Shown here: positions 10,181 through 21,589 of the stretch, one piece after another
How the letters are laid out: every line of letters starts with the position of its first letter
Position numbering within the stretch: position 1 is the stretch's first letter
Source: Octopus bimaculoides
Lineage: Eukaryota
NCBI RefSeq assembly: GCF_001194135.2
Contig: NC_068996.1
Span: forward strand, 49,633,519-49,671,006
Direction of reading: 5' to 3'
DNA length: 37,488 nt
Program-made: the position numbers and the translations under genes
Notes under the pieces: generated by a model
The model's database searches: none
Told to the model about the DNA's origin: nothing
Seen by the model: the letters and a program-made list of their open reading frames with translations, nothing else

Positions 10181-11917
10181 ATACCTAGCCAAAGATAAAT
10201 CCCTATACTTGGCTCTTGTGGACTTGGAGAAACCTTTGACAAGGTTCCCCGATCCCTTATCTGGTGCACGATGTGAAAACTGGAGATTGAAGAGTGGTTA
10301 ATAAGAGCTGTACAGGCCGTGTAGAGGAATACCGTTCATAAGCTAAGGGTTGGCAATGAGTATAGCGAAGAATTCTGGGTAGAAGTAGAGGTCCACCAAG
10401 GATCAGACTTCAGCCTCTTCTTATTCATCATAGTCCTCCAGGCAAAAACAGAGGAATTCAAGGCAGGTTGTCCCTGGGAGCTTCTCTATGCTGATGACCT
10501 TGCTCTCATAGTGGAATCACTACCAGAACTAGAGAAGAAATTTCAAGTGTGGAAGCAAGGTTTAAAATCGAAAGGCCTTAGAGTCAATGTTGCAAAAACT
10601 GAAGTCCTAGTAAGCAGGAAGAGGAACACATCACAAACCCCTTCAGGTAGATGGCCCTGCTCAATCTGTAGGAAAAGTGTAGGTAGAAACTCCGTAAGAT
10701 GTATCCATTATAAGCTATGGATGCCTAAGAGGTGCAGCAACATCAAAGGAAGGTTAACTGGGAAGATTGGTTTTGTGTGTAGCAGATGCATAGGGGCAAT
10801 AAACACCACAGATGCTCAGAAAACTGATTCTATCACATTCCAGGGGGAGAAACTAGAAGTAGTTGATAGCTTTCACTACCTAGTGGACCAAGTCTGTAGT
10901 GGGAGTGGATGCTCAGAGTGTGTTGCTATTAGAATAAGAATAGCCTGGGCAAAGTTCAGAAAGCTCCTACTTCTACTGGTGACAAAGGGTCTCTCGCTCA
11001 GAGTGAAAGGTAGATTGTACGATGCATGTGTGCGAACTGCTATGCTTTACAGCAGTGAAACATGGGCTGTGACTGTTGAGGACACATGTAATGTCAGTGT
11101 GCACACACAACAGAGTGTAAACATCACTGAGAGAAATGTTGGCCATAAGAAGCATCAGATGTGGTGTGCAAGAGAGACGACTGCACTGGGATGGTCATGT
11201 GCTACGTATGAATGGGGACAGCTGTGTGAAGTGTCACTCCCTAAAGGTGGAAAGAACCCGTGGAAGAGGTAGACCCAGAAAGACGTGGGATGAAGTGGTG
11301 AAGCATGACCTTTGAACGTTGGGCCTCACAGAGGCAATGATGAAAGACCAAAACCTCTGGAGATATGCTGTAACTGAGAAGACCCAGCAAGTAAAGTGAG
11401 ATTACTGCCGTAGCCTACACCAGCCCACTTAGAAAAGCACCTTTGGATCACTGGGCAACATGCCATGCTTGAGGAGACCTATTGAGTCAAGTAAATCAAA
11501 ATCAAATTGAAATTGTAGTTGTGGCCAATGCCAGTGCCGCCTGACTGGCTCCCATACTGGTGGCACGCAATAAGCACCATTCATGCGTGGATCATTGCCA
11601 GTGCCAGTGGAATGTAAAAAGCACCATCTGAATGTCGTCAATGCCAGCCCCCCGCCCCCGACTGGCTCCTATATTGGTGGCACGTAAAAAGCACCATCCG
11701 AACATGGCCAATGCCAGTGCCGCCTGACTGACTCCCGTGCTAATGGCACATAAAAAGCACCCACTACACTCTTGGAGTGGTTGGCATTAGAAAGGGCGTC
11801 CAGCTGTAGAAACATTGCCTGATCAGATTGGAGCCCGATGAGGCCTTCTGGCCATCCAACCCATGCTAGCATGGAAGATGGATTTTTCACGATGATGACT
11901 GAATACAGAAGCTAAGA
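10175..11917 (+). mobile_element. 5'-truncated RTE-clade LINE: decayed RT, Cys-rich insert, C-terminus, long 3' UTR and (GAT)n tail
   Basis: EKYLAK...LVDLEK...VHQGS...LLYADDLAL (YADD at about 10487-10498) runs into ORF 10511-11272 with WAKFRKL...KGRLYDACVRTAMLYSSETW. Stops and frameshifts are present. The 3' UTR has short tandem units and ends acgatgatgac. Confidence 0.93.
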
Positions 11918-12002
11918 AATCCTCAATACAACAAAGCCAGCTTACTTAAAGAGTGTTAATAAACAGCAATAGTCGGTCATCACTGAAAGGACCTATGATT
12001 AA

Positions 12003-12200
12003 CTCTTTTGATACTGGCTTATCTGGTTCTATATCAAATTCATATTTTAAACTAATCTAACTTAAAACCTTTCATGAAAATGCCATGTTAATTTATGTTT
12101 TAAACACCAATTTAAAAATGACAGTTATTTTAGTAAATTCTTCATTATTTTCAAAAAACAAAAGTTATATATTTCAACAGAAATATGGTAACAAAAGGGG
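12003..12200 (+). mobile_element. piggyBac-like MITE ('cccttttgatacc' family) with TTAA TSDs
   Basis: ttaa|ctcttttgatact ... tggtaacaaaagggg|ttaa. Relatives at 16251-16640 and, inverted, at about 29915-30148. Confidence 0.7.
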
Positions 12201-13160
12201 TTAAAGACATTCTAGCTGTTACCAGCCTGTCTTTTTTCTTAGATAATGTATCCAGTACTACATTATCTAATATCTTTCTTTTAAGGATAGTTGGGGAGGG
12301 TGACGTGTGTACTATTTGTAGCAGGTTGAGCAGTTACAAGAGCTCACGCACTGGATCAAAGGCAGATGAAAACATTCAATTAGAGTTGGGAGGTTTCAAC
12401 AACATTTGATACAATGAACAAAATTTTGGAAGTTGTTTTGTAATAAATAATAGGAAGATACAAAGAGAATCTTAATTAGATCCCAAGAATTATTACACTT
12501 AGGAACTTACAAGATATATTTATTCAGAAAGAAAATAATGAAACCTGTAGATATGTTAAGATTAAGAGACGTCAAAAATTCAGGGTTAAAGAAACAAAGA
12601 TAAATTGGTGCAAAGTGAAGTAAAATAAATATAACATTTTGAGCAGGGAATTCAAAGCAACAGTGTTCAGATATTAATGATTGTTTCCTCTTCAACTCAC
12701 TTTGAGGTCTAGGGACATGTATCCTTTGTACTTCTACCCCATATCTCCCAGAACAAGTTGCAGGTTTATTGCTGGTTGTATTTGACTTTGAACAACCCAA
12801 CTCCTAAGGTCTGAACATGTCCCTTGCTAACTCACGTGACAGACAAGACAGTATGGTTATTTTTTTTGAAAACCCTATTCATATTGCAGCTTTTGATGGG
12901 CTTATTTGCACTAGGCACCAAGCCAAAATTTGAACTGAACCCAAGCAAAAAGTGATGACGGTTGCTTCTGATAGGAATCTATGGATGAGATACCTAAGTA
13001 TTCAGATAAAAAAATAGAACATTTCCAATGTATTTTAAACTGTTCAATTAATGATCAACCACATTATCTAGATTGCAAATGGGGGAAAAAAAAAAAACAG
13101 GAAAAATTTTTTTACAGAAATGTTAATAGTTGCTTAAAAGGTTATGAAAATTATACATAC

Positions 13161-13249
13161 CTCATGGTTTATACATTTATCAATTAATTGTAAATATATA
13201 TTTCGGCTCTCCTCATCAGTTTTGTTACCAACTAAAAATTGGGTACATA
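13161..13249 (-). CDS. SAMD4: Smaug/SAMD4 exon, PHAT domain (phase 1-0, 89 nt)
   Basis: gtcttttgtag|TA TGT ACC CAA...CAT GAG|gtatgt. Translates (I)[29 protein letters not shown], matching [29 protein letters not shown] (recalled). Confidence 0.95.
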
Positions 13250-13675
13250 CTACAAAAGACAAAATAATTAGAAATTAGTTACTCTTAAACCATTACATAT
13301 GTGTGTCATCATCATCATTTTAATGTCCACTTTTCCATGCTCACATAGGTTGGAAGAAGTTCACTGAGGCAGATTTCCTACAGCTGGATGCCTTTCCTGT
13401 CACCAACCCTCACTTGTTTCCAAAGCAAGACGCTTTCAAAGATTGGAAATGGACACTGCTTGCATGATGGAGACAGTAATAAACACACTAATAGTAATAA
13501 GCAAAATTCTATCCAACCCACACGAGTATGGAAAAGTGGACATTAAACCAATGGTGATGATACAGGATAGGCTTCTTTCAGTTTCTGTTGATCAATTTCA
13601 CTTGCAAGGCTTTGGTTGGCCCATAGCTATAGTAAAAGGCACAAACCCAATTTTCATTTATTTTTAGATTCAATA

Positions 13676-14843
13676 ATGAAAGGAGCCAGACTGAGCTTTG
13701 AACAAAGGAAAATTATCCCTGAAGTGTATCAGAAAGTTTGAAAATACAGTGAAAATGCAAAGACAGTTCTGCTTATACAACTTACCACCAACTGTTCAGA
13801 ATGTGCACAAGAAATGTTCCAGAAGACTATGGACATCTATGAGCCCCACAAAGCAAGAAAAGGTACTAGAAATACGTTGCCAGAGTTCACAAAAAATTTT
13901 GAAGCATTGACATTCGAAAGATTACATTTCAAGAAAATAATCCAGACCAAAGAGTGGTGTTTTGCGAGTGGTACTTGGCAAGATGCACACTTTCCAATAA
14001 ATATTGTTTCCACATATTACAGAATATCATGTTAATTTACCAGAAGTTATAGTACGGTGTTGCTTACCATTGAAAAAAAGATTAATCGAAGCATTCTTTT
14101 GTCATGGTACTATGACTGGTTCCATTCTACTTGAACTTGCTGTGACAATCTGTTGTCCCAATCATTCGAGATGATATAAGATATGGAGTTTTACTTCCAA
14201 CAAGATGCGGCACTCCCTACCATAGTTATATAAGGGCCTACCTTGACATTTTGCCAAACAGGTGGATTGGACAAAAAGGTTCAGTAGAATCCACATCTTG
14301 TTTGTCAGACTTCATACAAGACTTTTGAAGGCGGCAGAAACGTTAACACGCTGGGCGAAATGCTTAGCAGTATTTCATCTGCCGCTATGTTCTGAGTTCA
14401 AATAGTGCCGAGGTCGACTTTGCCTTTCATCCTTTCAAGGTCGATAAATTAAGTACCAGTTACGCACTGAGGTCGATGTAATCGACTTAATCCCTTTGTC
14501 TGTCCTTGTTTGTCCCCTCTATGTTTAGCCCCTTGTGGGCAATAAAGAAATAACAAGACTTTTTGTTTTTATGGAGATACTTAAATGATAAAGTTTAGAG
14601 TACAAAATCAGCAACATGTGATGAATTTGAGGGCAGCCATTGAATGAGAATGCACACAAATGTTATAACTGAAATGTTTCTTGATGTTTGCAATCCCTTT
14701 GCTTCACGTTATCAAGAGCATTTGGATCAGAATGGTCATCAATTTGAAAAACAGGCAGTAGAGAAAAGATGTCCCACCCATGCACCATGAGATTTATTTA
14801 TTTTCTATCACTTAGATGTGGGTAGTTATTCTGAACACCCCTT
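13676..14843 (+). pseudogene. Decayed IS630-Tc1-mariner transposon, DD41D/rosa-like, interrupted by a SINE
   Basis: MKGARLSFEQRKII...KFEN...QRQF...FQQDAA...AYLDILPNRWIGQKGSVE...SDFIQDF|FLWRYLNDKV...RYQEHLDQNGHQFE. Right TIR-like ttattctgaacaccc at 14826-14840. Confidence 0.8.
14327..14552 (+). mobile_element. SINE family A with 11-bp TSD, nested in the transposase
   Basis: TSD acaagactttt at 14316-14326 and 14553-14563. Tail gggcaataaagaaata. Confidence 0.9.
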
Positions 14844-14899
14844 TTCAGGGCCTCTCTGACTGAAAGAATAGAGTGAGTGTTGAGCCTCATGGAGACAAT

Positions 14900-15177
14900 A
14901 AGACCTTTGGCACTATGTTGTGCTTGAGAAGAAGACACATCAAGCTGAGCAAAATCGCAGTCGTGGCAGATACTGGTGTCACACAAATGGTACCCGTGCC
15001 AGTGGCACATAAAAATGCTCATTACACTCTGAGTGGTTGGCATTAGGAAGGGCATCCAGCCGTAGAAAACCATGCCAAATCAGACTGGAGCCTGACACAG
15101 CCTTCCAGCATGCTAGCCCAGTCAAACCGTCCAACGCATGCCAGCATGGACAACGGATGTTAAATGACGACGACAAC
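14900..15177 (+). mobile_element. RTE 3'-UTR fragment
   Basis: ggttggcattaggaagggcatccagc...catggacaacggatgttaaatgacgacgac. Confidence 0.8.
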
Positions 15178-15454
15178 TGGGGAGTAGGCCTGAATGCTTG
15201 CAACAGAATGAACTGCTATATAGAAAAAAAATAAATAAATAAAAGAAATTCTTTTAAAAAGTCCCCAAGAATCAAATGACAGTGTTAAACAGGCCAATAG
15301 ATTAAGCCTCCCACCTATGAAAAGGAATGGTTTTGACCCTTGATGGACTTTCAGACAGTTCCTATCTCAAGGAGAGGAATTTGGTTATAAACATACAGTA
15401 ACAACGATGATAACGATGAGTTTATAATCTTAAAAACTGAAATCAGAGACTTAC

Positions 15455-15656
15455 TTTTCCCCATTACTCTGGTGAATTGTTTTGGAAGATCCTCGCCTGC
15501 CTGTGAAGTATCTCCTTCAGAGATTGGACTTAAATTTGCTTTCCGTATTGGTAATTTATCATTTGATGCTATGTCTGCATTTGCTTTCATTGGTGTATTT
15601 AGAATGCTCTTCAACTCCGCCAATGCTGTTTTAATTGAACCACCACTCATGATATT
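15455..15656 (-). CDS. SAMD4: Smaug/SAMD4 exon, PHAT domain start (phase 0-1, 202 nt)
   Basis: ttcatttttcag|AAT ATC ATG...GGG AAA A|gtaagt. Translates NIMSGGSIKTALAELKSILNTPMK...EDLPKQFTRVMGK, matching DIIEGGSL...TPIK...GDLPGQFTRVMGK (recalled). Confidence 0.95.
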
Positions 15657-15748
15657 CTGAAAAATGAATAAATAAAATGAGAGAGAGAGAAACCTTGTGC
15701 TCTGTGTATGTTACATAAACTTAAGTACTGGCCAGCATTGGCTTAGAC

Positions 15749-16018
15749 CAGTGCTACATGGTCCGCGAGCCATTAGCTGCCAGTACGTGGCGAGTTTCCA
15801 GAAAAAAAAGAAACATTATAAAATGCTTATGTAATATTGTATTATTTGTTTACAAAATAAATATAAGATAAAAAGAATTTGCCAACTTTTATTATATTCA
15901 TTATATATATTGTTTCCAGTATAAATTGATATTACTAAGAAATATTACCAGCACCTGGCACACTGGGAAAAAAAGACAAACTGCCGGTATGCCACATCAG
16001 ATAGTTTGAGAAGCACTA
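15749..16018. mobile_element. hAT (Charlie-like) MITE with 8-bp TSD
   Basis: cagtgct...gtttgagaagcacta, flanked by gcttagac (15741-15748) and gcctagac (16019-16026), a 7/8 match of TCTAGA-type target. Confidence 0.7.
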
Positions 16019-16250
16019 GCCTAGACTATATTTAAATTGAATACAATGAACTAAGAACATATTTACTATTAATTTCTTGACTTTTCACATCTACATATAC
16101 TGCATAACCTTCTTGGAATTTTGTGAAATTCTCTTAACATTCCAGAAATCTACATAAAGGCCCCCTAAGACCCTAGAAGTACTGCCCTTCATTTAAATAC
16201 TCTGCACAAGGCCTGAAAACAGGCATTCTTTCGAGTCATGGTTCTATTAA

Positions 16251-16640
16251 CCCTTTTGACACCAATCCAACCAAGACCACCCTAAAATCTCTAATACAAA
16301 CTTCTTGTTTAAAACCTTCAGTCATCAAACTTTCAGATTAATTCTTATTTTAATAATAGCAAAGTCATTTTACCAAACTGTTCATTATTTTCAAAATGAA
16401 CTGAAACAAAGGCTGGTGCCACGTAAAAAGCACTTTGTCCACTCTATGGCGTGGTTGCTGTTAGGAAGGGCATCCAGCTGTAAAAACCCTACGAAAACAG
16501 ACAGTAGCCTGGTGTAGTTTTCTACCTGGCTGGCTCCTGGAAAACCGTCCAACCCATGCCAGCATGGAAGGTAGAAGTTTGATGATGATGATGATGAAAG
16601 AAAAGCAGAACATCTCAAGAAAAATATGGTAACAAAAGGG
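16251..16640 (+). mobile_element. piggyBac-like MITE with a nested RTE 3' end (about 16412-16597)
   Basis: ttaa|cccttttgacacca ... tggtaacaaaaggg|ttaa. The insert ends in gatgatgatgatgatg. Confidence 0.75.
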
Positions 16641-16754
16641 TTAAAGGAAGAGACTGGCGGCAGGAAAGGGAGATACTTATTCTCACAGTCGACACTTTGA
16701 TCTGAATGCTTGCAACAGAGGACTCTTCTAATGATACCAAATGGCGCTAACCAA

Positions 16755-17089
16755 CCCTTTAGCATTTAAACCAGTCACATCTGGCCAAAATATTCTACCT
16801 GTGTTATGTCTAAACCGTTAAATCATTGAAATCTTGAATGTAAAAAAAAAAACCAGTTGAAATGAAATAAACTCTTCAGCATTTAAACCAGCCATATTTG
16901 GCCTAAATATTCTCCGTTTTATGATCAAAGTGGCCACATCTGGCCTCTCGTGCTTACTCTACAATGTTATTCAAAAAAATAAACAATCTTAACAAAACAT
17001 CAAAGTTACGAGATAATGCATGATTAATTCAACATAATGTGAACCAATAAACATTACATATGACAGTAGTAATTTGAATGTTAAAAGGG
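16755..17089 (+). mobile_element. piggyBac-like MITE ('ccctttagcatt' family) with a duplicated left end
   Basis: ccctttagcatttaaacc at 16755 recurs as ctcttcagcatttaaacc at about 16872. Ends aatgttaaaaggg|ttaa. Confidence 0.7.
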
Positions 17090-17104
17090 TTAATATAACA
17101 TTAA

Positions 17105-18601
17105 CCCTTTCGTTACCATATTTCTAACCAAATTACACCCCTTATGTGTTTCAATTAATTTCTAACAGTCATAAATTTAGGCTGGTTTCATTAAACAACT
17201 CTAACTTTTTTATTTATCAGCATATTAATGTGATTTTTGGAAGATAAATTAACGAAAGGTTCTCAACCAATTCTATACCAAAATTTTTGTCACAAAGTGA
17301 CTTTAATTACAGGTAAATACAGGTAAATTCAACAAAATATAAAATTATTAAAATTTTTGTTCAAACATCGCTATAGAAAATGGGTTATTAGCTAATATTC
17401 AATTGGGTATACAACAAAATATTATTATAGAAGAGTTGTGCACATTACTGGATTTATTACTGTCTCNNNNNNNNNNNNNNNNNNNNNNNNNNNNNNNNNN
17501 NNNNNNNNNNNNNNNNNNNNNNNNNNNNNNNNNNNNNNNNNNNNNNNNNNNNNNNNNNNNNNNNNNNNNNNNNNNNNNNNNNNNNNNNNNNNNNNNNNNN
17601 NNNNNNNNNNNNNNNNNNNNNNNNNNNNNNNNNNNNNNNNNNNNNNNNNNNNNNNNNNNNNNNNNNNNNNNNNNNNNNNNNNNNNNNNNNNNNNNNNNNN
17701 NNNNNNNNNNNNNNNNNNNNNNNNNNNNNNNNNNNNNNNNNNNNNNNNNNNNNNNNNNNNNNNNNNNNNNNNNNNNNNNNNNNNNNNNNNNNNNNNNNNN
17801 NNNNNNNNNNNNNNNNNNNNNNNNNNNNNNNNNNNNNNNNNNNNNNNNNNNNNNNNNNNNNNNNNNNNNNNNNNNNNNNNNNNNNNNNNNNNNNNNNNNN
17901 NNNNNNNNNNNNNNNNNNNNNNNNNNNNNNNNNNNNNNNNNNNNNNNNNNNNNNNNNNNNNNNNNNNNNNNNNNNNNNNNNNNNNNNNNNNNNNNNNNNN
18001 NNNNNNNNNNNNNNNNNNNNNNNNNNNNNNNNNNNNNNNNNNNNNNNNNNNNNNNNNNNNNNNNNNNNNNNNNNNNNNNNNNNNNNNNNNNNNNNNNNNN
18101 NNNNNNNNNNNNNNNNNNNNNNNNNNNNNNNNNNNNNNNNNNNNNNNNNNNNNNNNNNNNNNNNNNNNNNNNNNNNNNNNNNNNNNNNNNNNNNNNNNNN
18201 NNNNNNNNNNNNNNNNNNNNNNNNNNNNNNNNNNNNNNNNNNNNNNNNNNNNNNNNNNNNNNNNNNNNNNNNNNNNNNNNNNNNNNNNNNNNNNNNNNNN
18301 NNNNNNNNNNNNNNNNNNNNNNNNNNNNNNNNNNNNNNNNNNNNTTGAAAACACAACAGGAACAAATTTGGAAAAAAATCTCCCAAAATTCACAAAATCA
18401 AAAAAACATGTTGATCGTTGTACAAAACTATAGCTGAACTGTTTACACAAATAATCACGTGTTTTCACGAATGTACTAACGAGATTTGCTCAGATATTCT
18501 CATTTAAATATGAATAGGTGATTACGGGCAGTTTTGGGCGGCTTGGTCACATGAACCAAAATTTTTTTCGGGCAGCTTTGGGCGGTTTGGTAACGAAAGG
18601 G
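17105..18601. mobile_element. piggyBac-type element with perfect 14-bp TIRs and TTAA TSDs, spanning a gap
   Basis: ttaa|ccctttcgttacca (17105-17118) ... tggtaacgaaaggg|ttaa (18588-18601). Gap 17467-18344 lies inside. Confidence 0.85.
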
Positions 18602-19061
18602 TTAATAAATATAAAATATTAAATTTGGTTCATTAGTATAAAGTTGTTTTTTTTTAACAAAGTATCTCATGTAAAAGCACGTTTAATCTTATCTTGTGGT
18701 AACAGATTATCTTAATCCTTTGCCTGTCCAAAGTATTTTCATAAGTTTGTCCTAAACATCCGTGCTTGCTTTCAGTCTTGAAGTTAGCCTTTGTTTCATA
18801 CATTCTGAGTAATATAAAACTTTCTTTTCAAATGTCCCGAGTAATTCTGATAGTTGAAAAGAATTGGGAATATGTGTATCATACACAATGCATGAACGCC
18901 AGGGAAATATGTGACATGCCAGAGATATTTCCCTGGCATGTCACATGGGATATACAGGAGAGGAAAAAGGGTTAATAGAAGATTTTCATTAAGCACTAAG
19001 ATATGGCATGGTCAGTCCTTTCAAATATAGAAACTTTTTAGATGAAAAAGGTTATAATTAC

Positions 19062-19148
19062 CTGTTCTAAAGTCCTCAAAAGCTTGTGTCTATCTTTTAA
19101 TTTCTGTATACTTAATACTATTTTGTGTCGTGCTCCTTTTGTAACATT
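19062..19148 (-). CDS. SAMD4: Smaug/SAMD4 exon, C-terminal half of the SAM domain (phase 0-0, 87 nt)
   Basis: gattcttttcag|AAT GTT ACA...GAA CAG|gtaatt. Translates [29 protein letters not shown]. Confidence 0.97.
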
Positions 19149-19617
19149 CTGAAAAGAATCAAAAAATCATTCCATGAAATAAACCAATGCTTCTGTAGTT
19201 TTAGAAACACAGATGTGTCTCAGTCTTCTAAATCAAACCACAAGGCTTTGGTTGGCCGAGAGCAATAGCAGAAATCCCTTGCCTAAGTTGCAGCACAGGG
19301 AGACGAAACCTAAAAACCATACAGAATTAGGTACAATAACATCATTTAACCTTTTGGGACTATTTTTAATGAAGTAAGCCGTCTATGCATTTTTAAATTA
19401 ATCTAATAACCAACTTCATCATTAAATTGTTGTTTAGAATATAATTGAAGAGATGGAAAATTTTAATTTAAATATGAACAATTTTAAAATTATTGGTTTT
19501 GCATCATTGATGCCCGTTCACAGTTTCAAGCAGCTTGGTGTCAAAAAATGCAAATATTTGAGTAAGTTGACTCATTATTGGCCAATGTTTTATTTTAGGG
19601 ACAAAGATTTTAAATTT

Positions 19618-19957
19618 TTACTCTTTTACTTGTTTCAGTCATTTGACTGTGACCATGCTGGAGCACCACTTTTAATCGAGCAAATCAACCCCAGGACTTA
19701 TTCTTTGTAAGCCTAGTACTTATTCTATCGGTCCCTTTTTGCCGAACCGTTAAGTTACGGGGACGCAAACACACCAGCATCGGTTGTCAAGCGATGTTGG
19801 GGGAGGACAAACACACACACACATATACCGGGCTTCTTTCAGTTTCCATCTACCAAATCCACTACCAAAATTTTGGTCGGCCCAAGGTACCACACAGAAG
19901 GACTGAACCTGGAACCATGTAGTTGGTAAGCAAACTACTTACCACACAACCACTCCT
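19618..19957 (-). mobile_element. SINE family C
   Basis: Aligns by eye with 2226-2598. Confidence 0.85.
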
Positions 19958-20294
19958 AAAGATTTTTGTGTTTCTTTTGTTATATAAANNNNNNNNNNNN
20001 NNNNNNNNNNNNNNNNNNNNNNNNNNNNNNNNNNNNNNNNNNNNNNNNNNNNNNNNNNNNNNNNNNNNNNNNNNNNNNNNNNNNNNNNNNNNNNNNNNNN
20101 NNNNNNNNNNNNNNNNNNNNNNNNNNNNNNNNNNNNNNNNNNNNNNNNNNNNNNNNNNNNNNNNNNNNNNNNNNNNNNNNNNNNNNNNNNNNNNNNNNNN
20201 NNNNNNNNNNNNNNNNNNNNNNNNNNNNNNNNNNAAATCTGCTTTTATCCTTCAGATCAACCAAACAATAATAAAACTAATTTGTACATGAAAA

Positions 20295-20580
20295 ATCATT
20301 CGAGCGAGATCGTTGCCAGTACCGCTGGACTGGCTCCTGTGCAGGTAGCACGTAAAATACACCATTTTGAGCATGGCCGTTGCCAGTACCGCCTGACTGA
20401 CCTTCGTACCAGTGGCATGTAAAAGCATCTACTACACTCTCAGAATGGTTGGCGTTAGGAAGGGCATCCAGCTGTAGAAACACTGCCAGATCAGATTGGA
20501 GCCTGGTGCAGCTATCTGGTTTGCCAGTCCTCAGTCAAATCGTCCAACCCATGGAAAGTGGACGTTAAACGATGATGATG
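20295..20580 (+). mobile_element. RTE 3'-UTR fragment with (GAT)n tail
   Basis: Ends gtggacgttaaacgatgatgatg. Confidence 0.85.
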
Positions 20581-21589
20581 CCTTTCATGGCACTGGCCCT
20601 TGTCTGTTTTTCAAGAGAGATATTTGTTTTTTTATTCTGCTTACCTCTTGCAAGTGCGAACATGTTGTCAATGGAGAATTTAAACATCACATCAACATTT
20701 TGCTCAGACAATGACAACAAACAGGAGCCATATGAAATGTCAACATCCACATGCACACGACAGGCTTCCATACAGTTTCTATCTACTAATTTCATGCACA
20801 ATCCTCCATTTTTCCTCTCCACAACCAGAGTGTCATCTCCTTAGAATACCCATATTTTGCTCATAGTTGTTCAAGAAGAATGCCAACTGCATTGTCGTCA
20901 GTAGCCTTGAAAGGCTTTCAGGTGTCATGGAATCGCTACTGTACCCAAATAATTAAAACACAAACATATGGAAGTTAACCTATTTCTCTAATAAGTAACT
21001 AATTTATATAGTTATATAACTACTTGACTATTCTATGTACATCACAAATTTGGAGAAGCTGGTATGCCATCAGAAGTTGAATCTGTCATTTTGAAGTAGT
21101 CTTTTCACGTGTGTGCATGTGTGTAAGCACTAGAGAAGAAGAGAAGGAGAAAAGGATAACAGAAAGAGAGAGGGGGAGGAACAGAGAAAGATTTTCTTTC
21201 TAATGAAGGATCAGTTCCACCTAATGTCAGATTTCTCTTCTGAAATGGTACGTCTAGCCTCATTCATCATAGGGATTTGATTCCAGAACAACACAGTGAT
21301 AAATGAATCATCTCCACATACTTTGTAAATGGAACAAATGGTAGAATCATTGTCTCCATCTGTATAAATCCTTATAAAAAAAAAAAAATGTAGCCTTGCA
21401 GCACAATCATGCAAACAAGCAATAATCAGTGTATTCTGAGCAGTTGACACTGTGGGTGTTCACCGAGGCACATTTCTGCTGTAGAAGTAAAATCTTTGAC
21501 TACCAACCTACGTTATCACAGATCAGTCTGTGATAAGCATACCATGTCATCCTCAGATCAGTGAGAAATGAATCCGAGAGATATGAAGT

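Noticed and set aside
10511-11272. 253-aa ORF as a host or domesticated gene
   Set aside because: It is a fragment of a decayed RTE ORF with upstream stops, an internal deletion and a frameshifted end.
12507-12800. 97-aa minus ORF and the neighbouring 12185-12409 plus ORF
   Set aside because: No homology, poor acceptor, and exons 13161 and 9748 already join in frame with continuous PHAT homology.
18724-18804. 81-nt minus-strand exon-like segment (MYETKANFKTESKHG...) with a GC donor
   Set aside because: Wrong phase for the phase-0 intron, non-canonical donor and no homology.
21221-21370. 150-nt minus-strand exon-like ORF (IYTDGDNDSTICS...EEKSDIR) after a poly-U acceptor
   Set aside because: Its open frame is phase 2-2, but the intron it sits in is phase 0. 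In phase 0 it reads DLYRWRQ*, and the donor GTGGAA is weak. A poison exon cannot be excluded but is unsupported.
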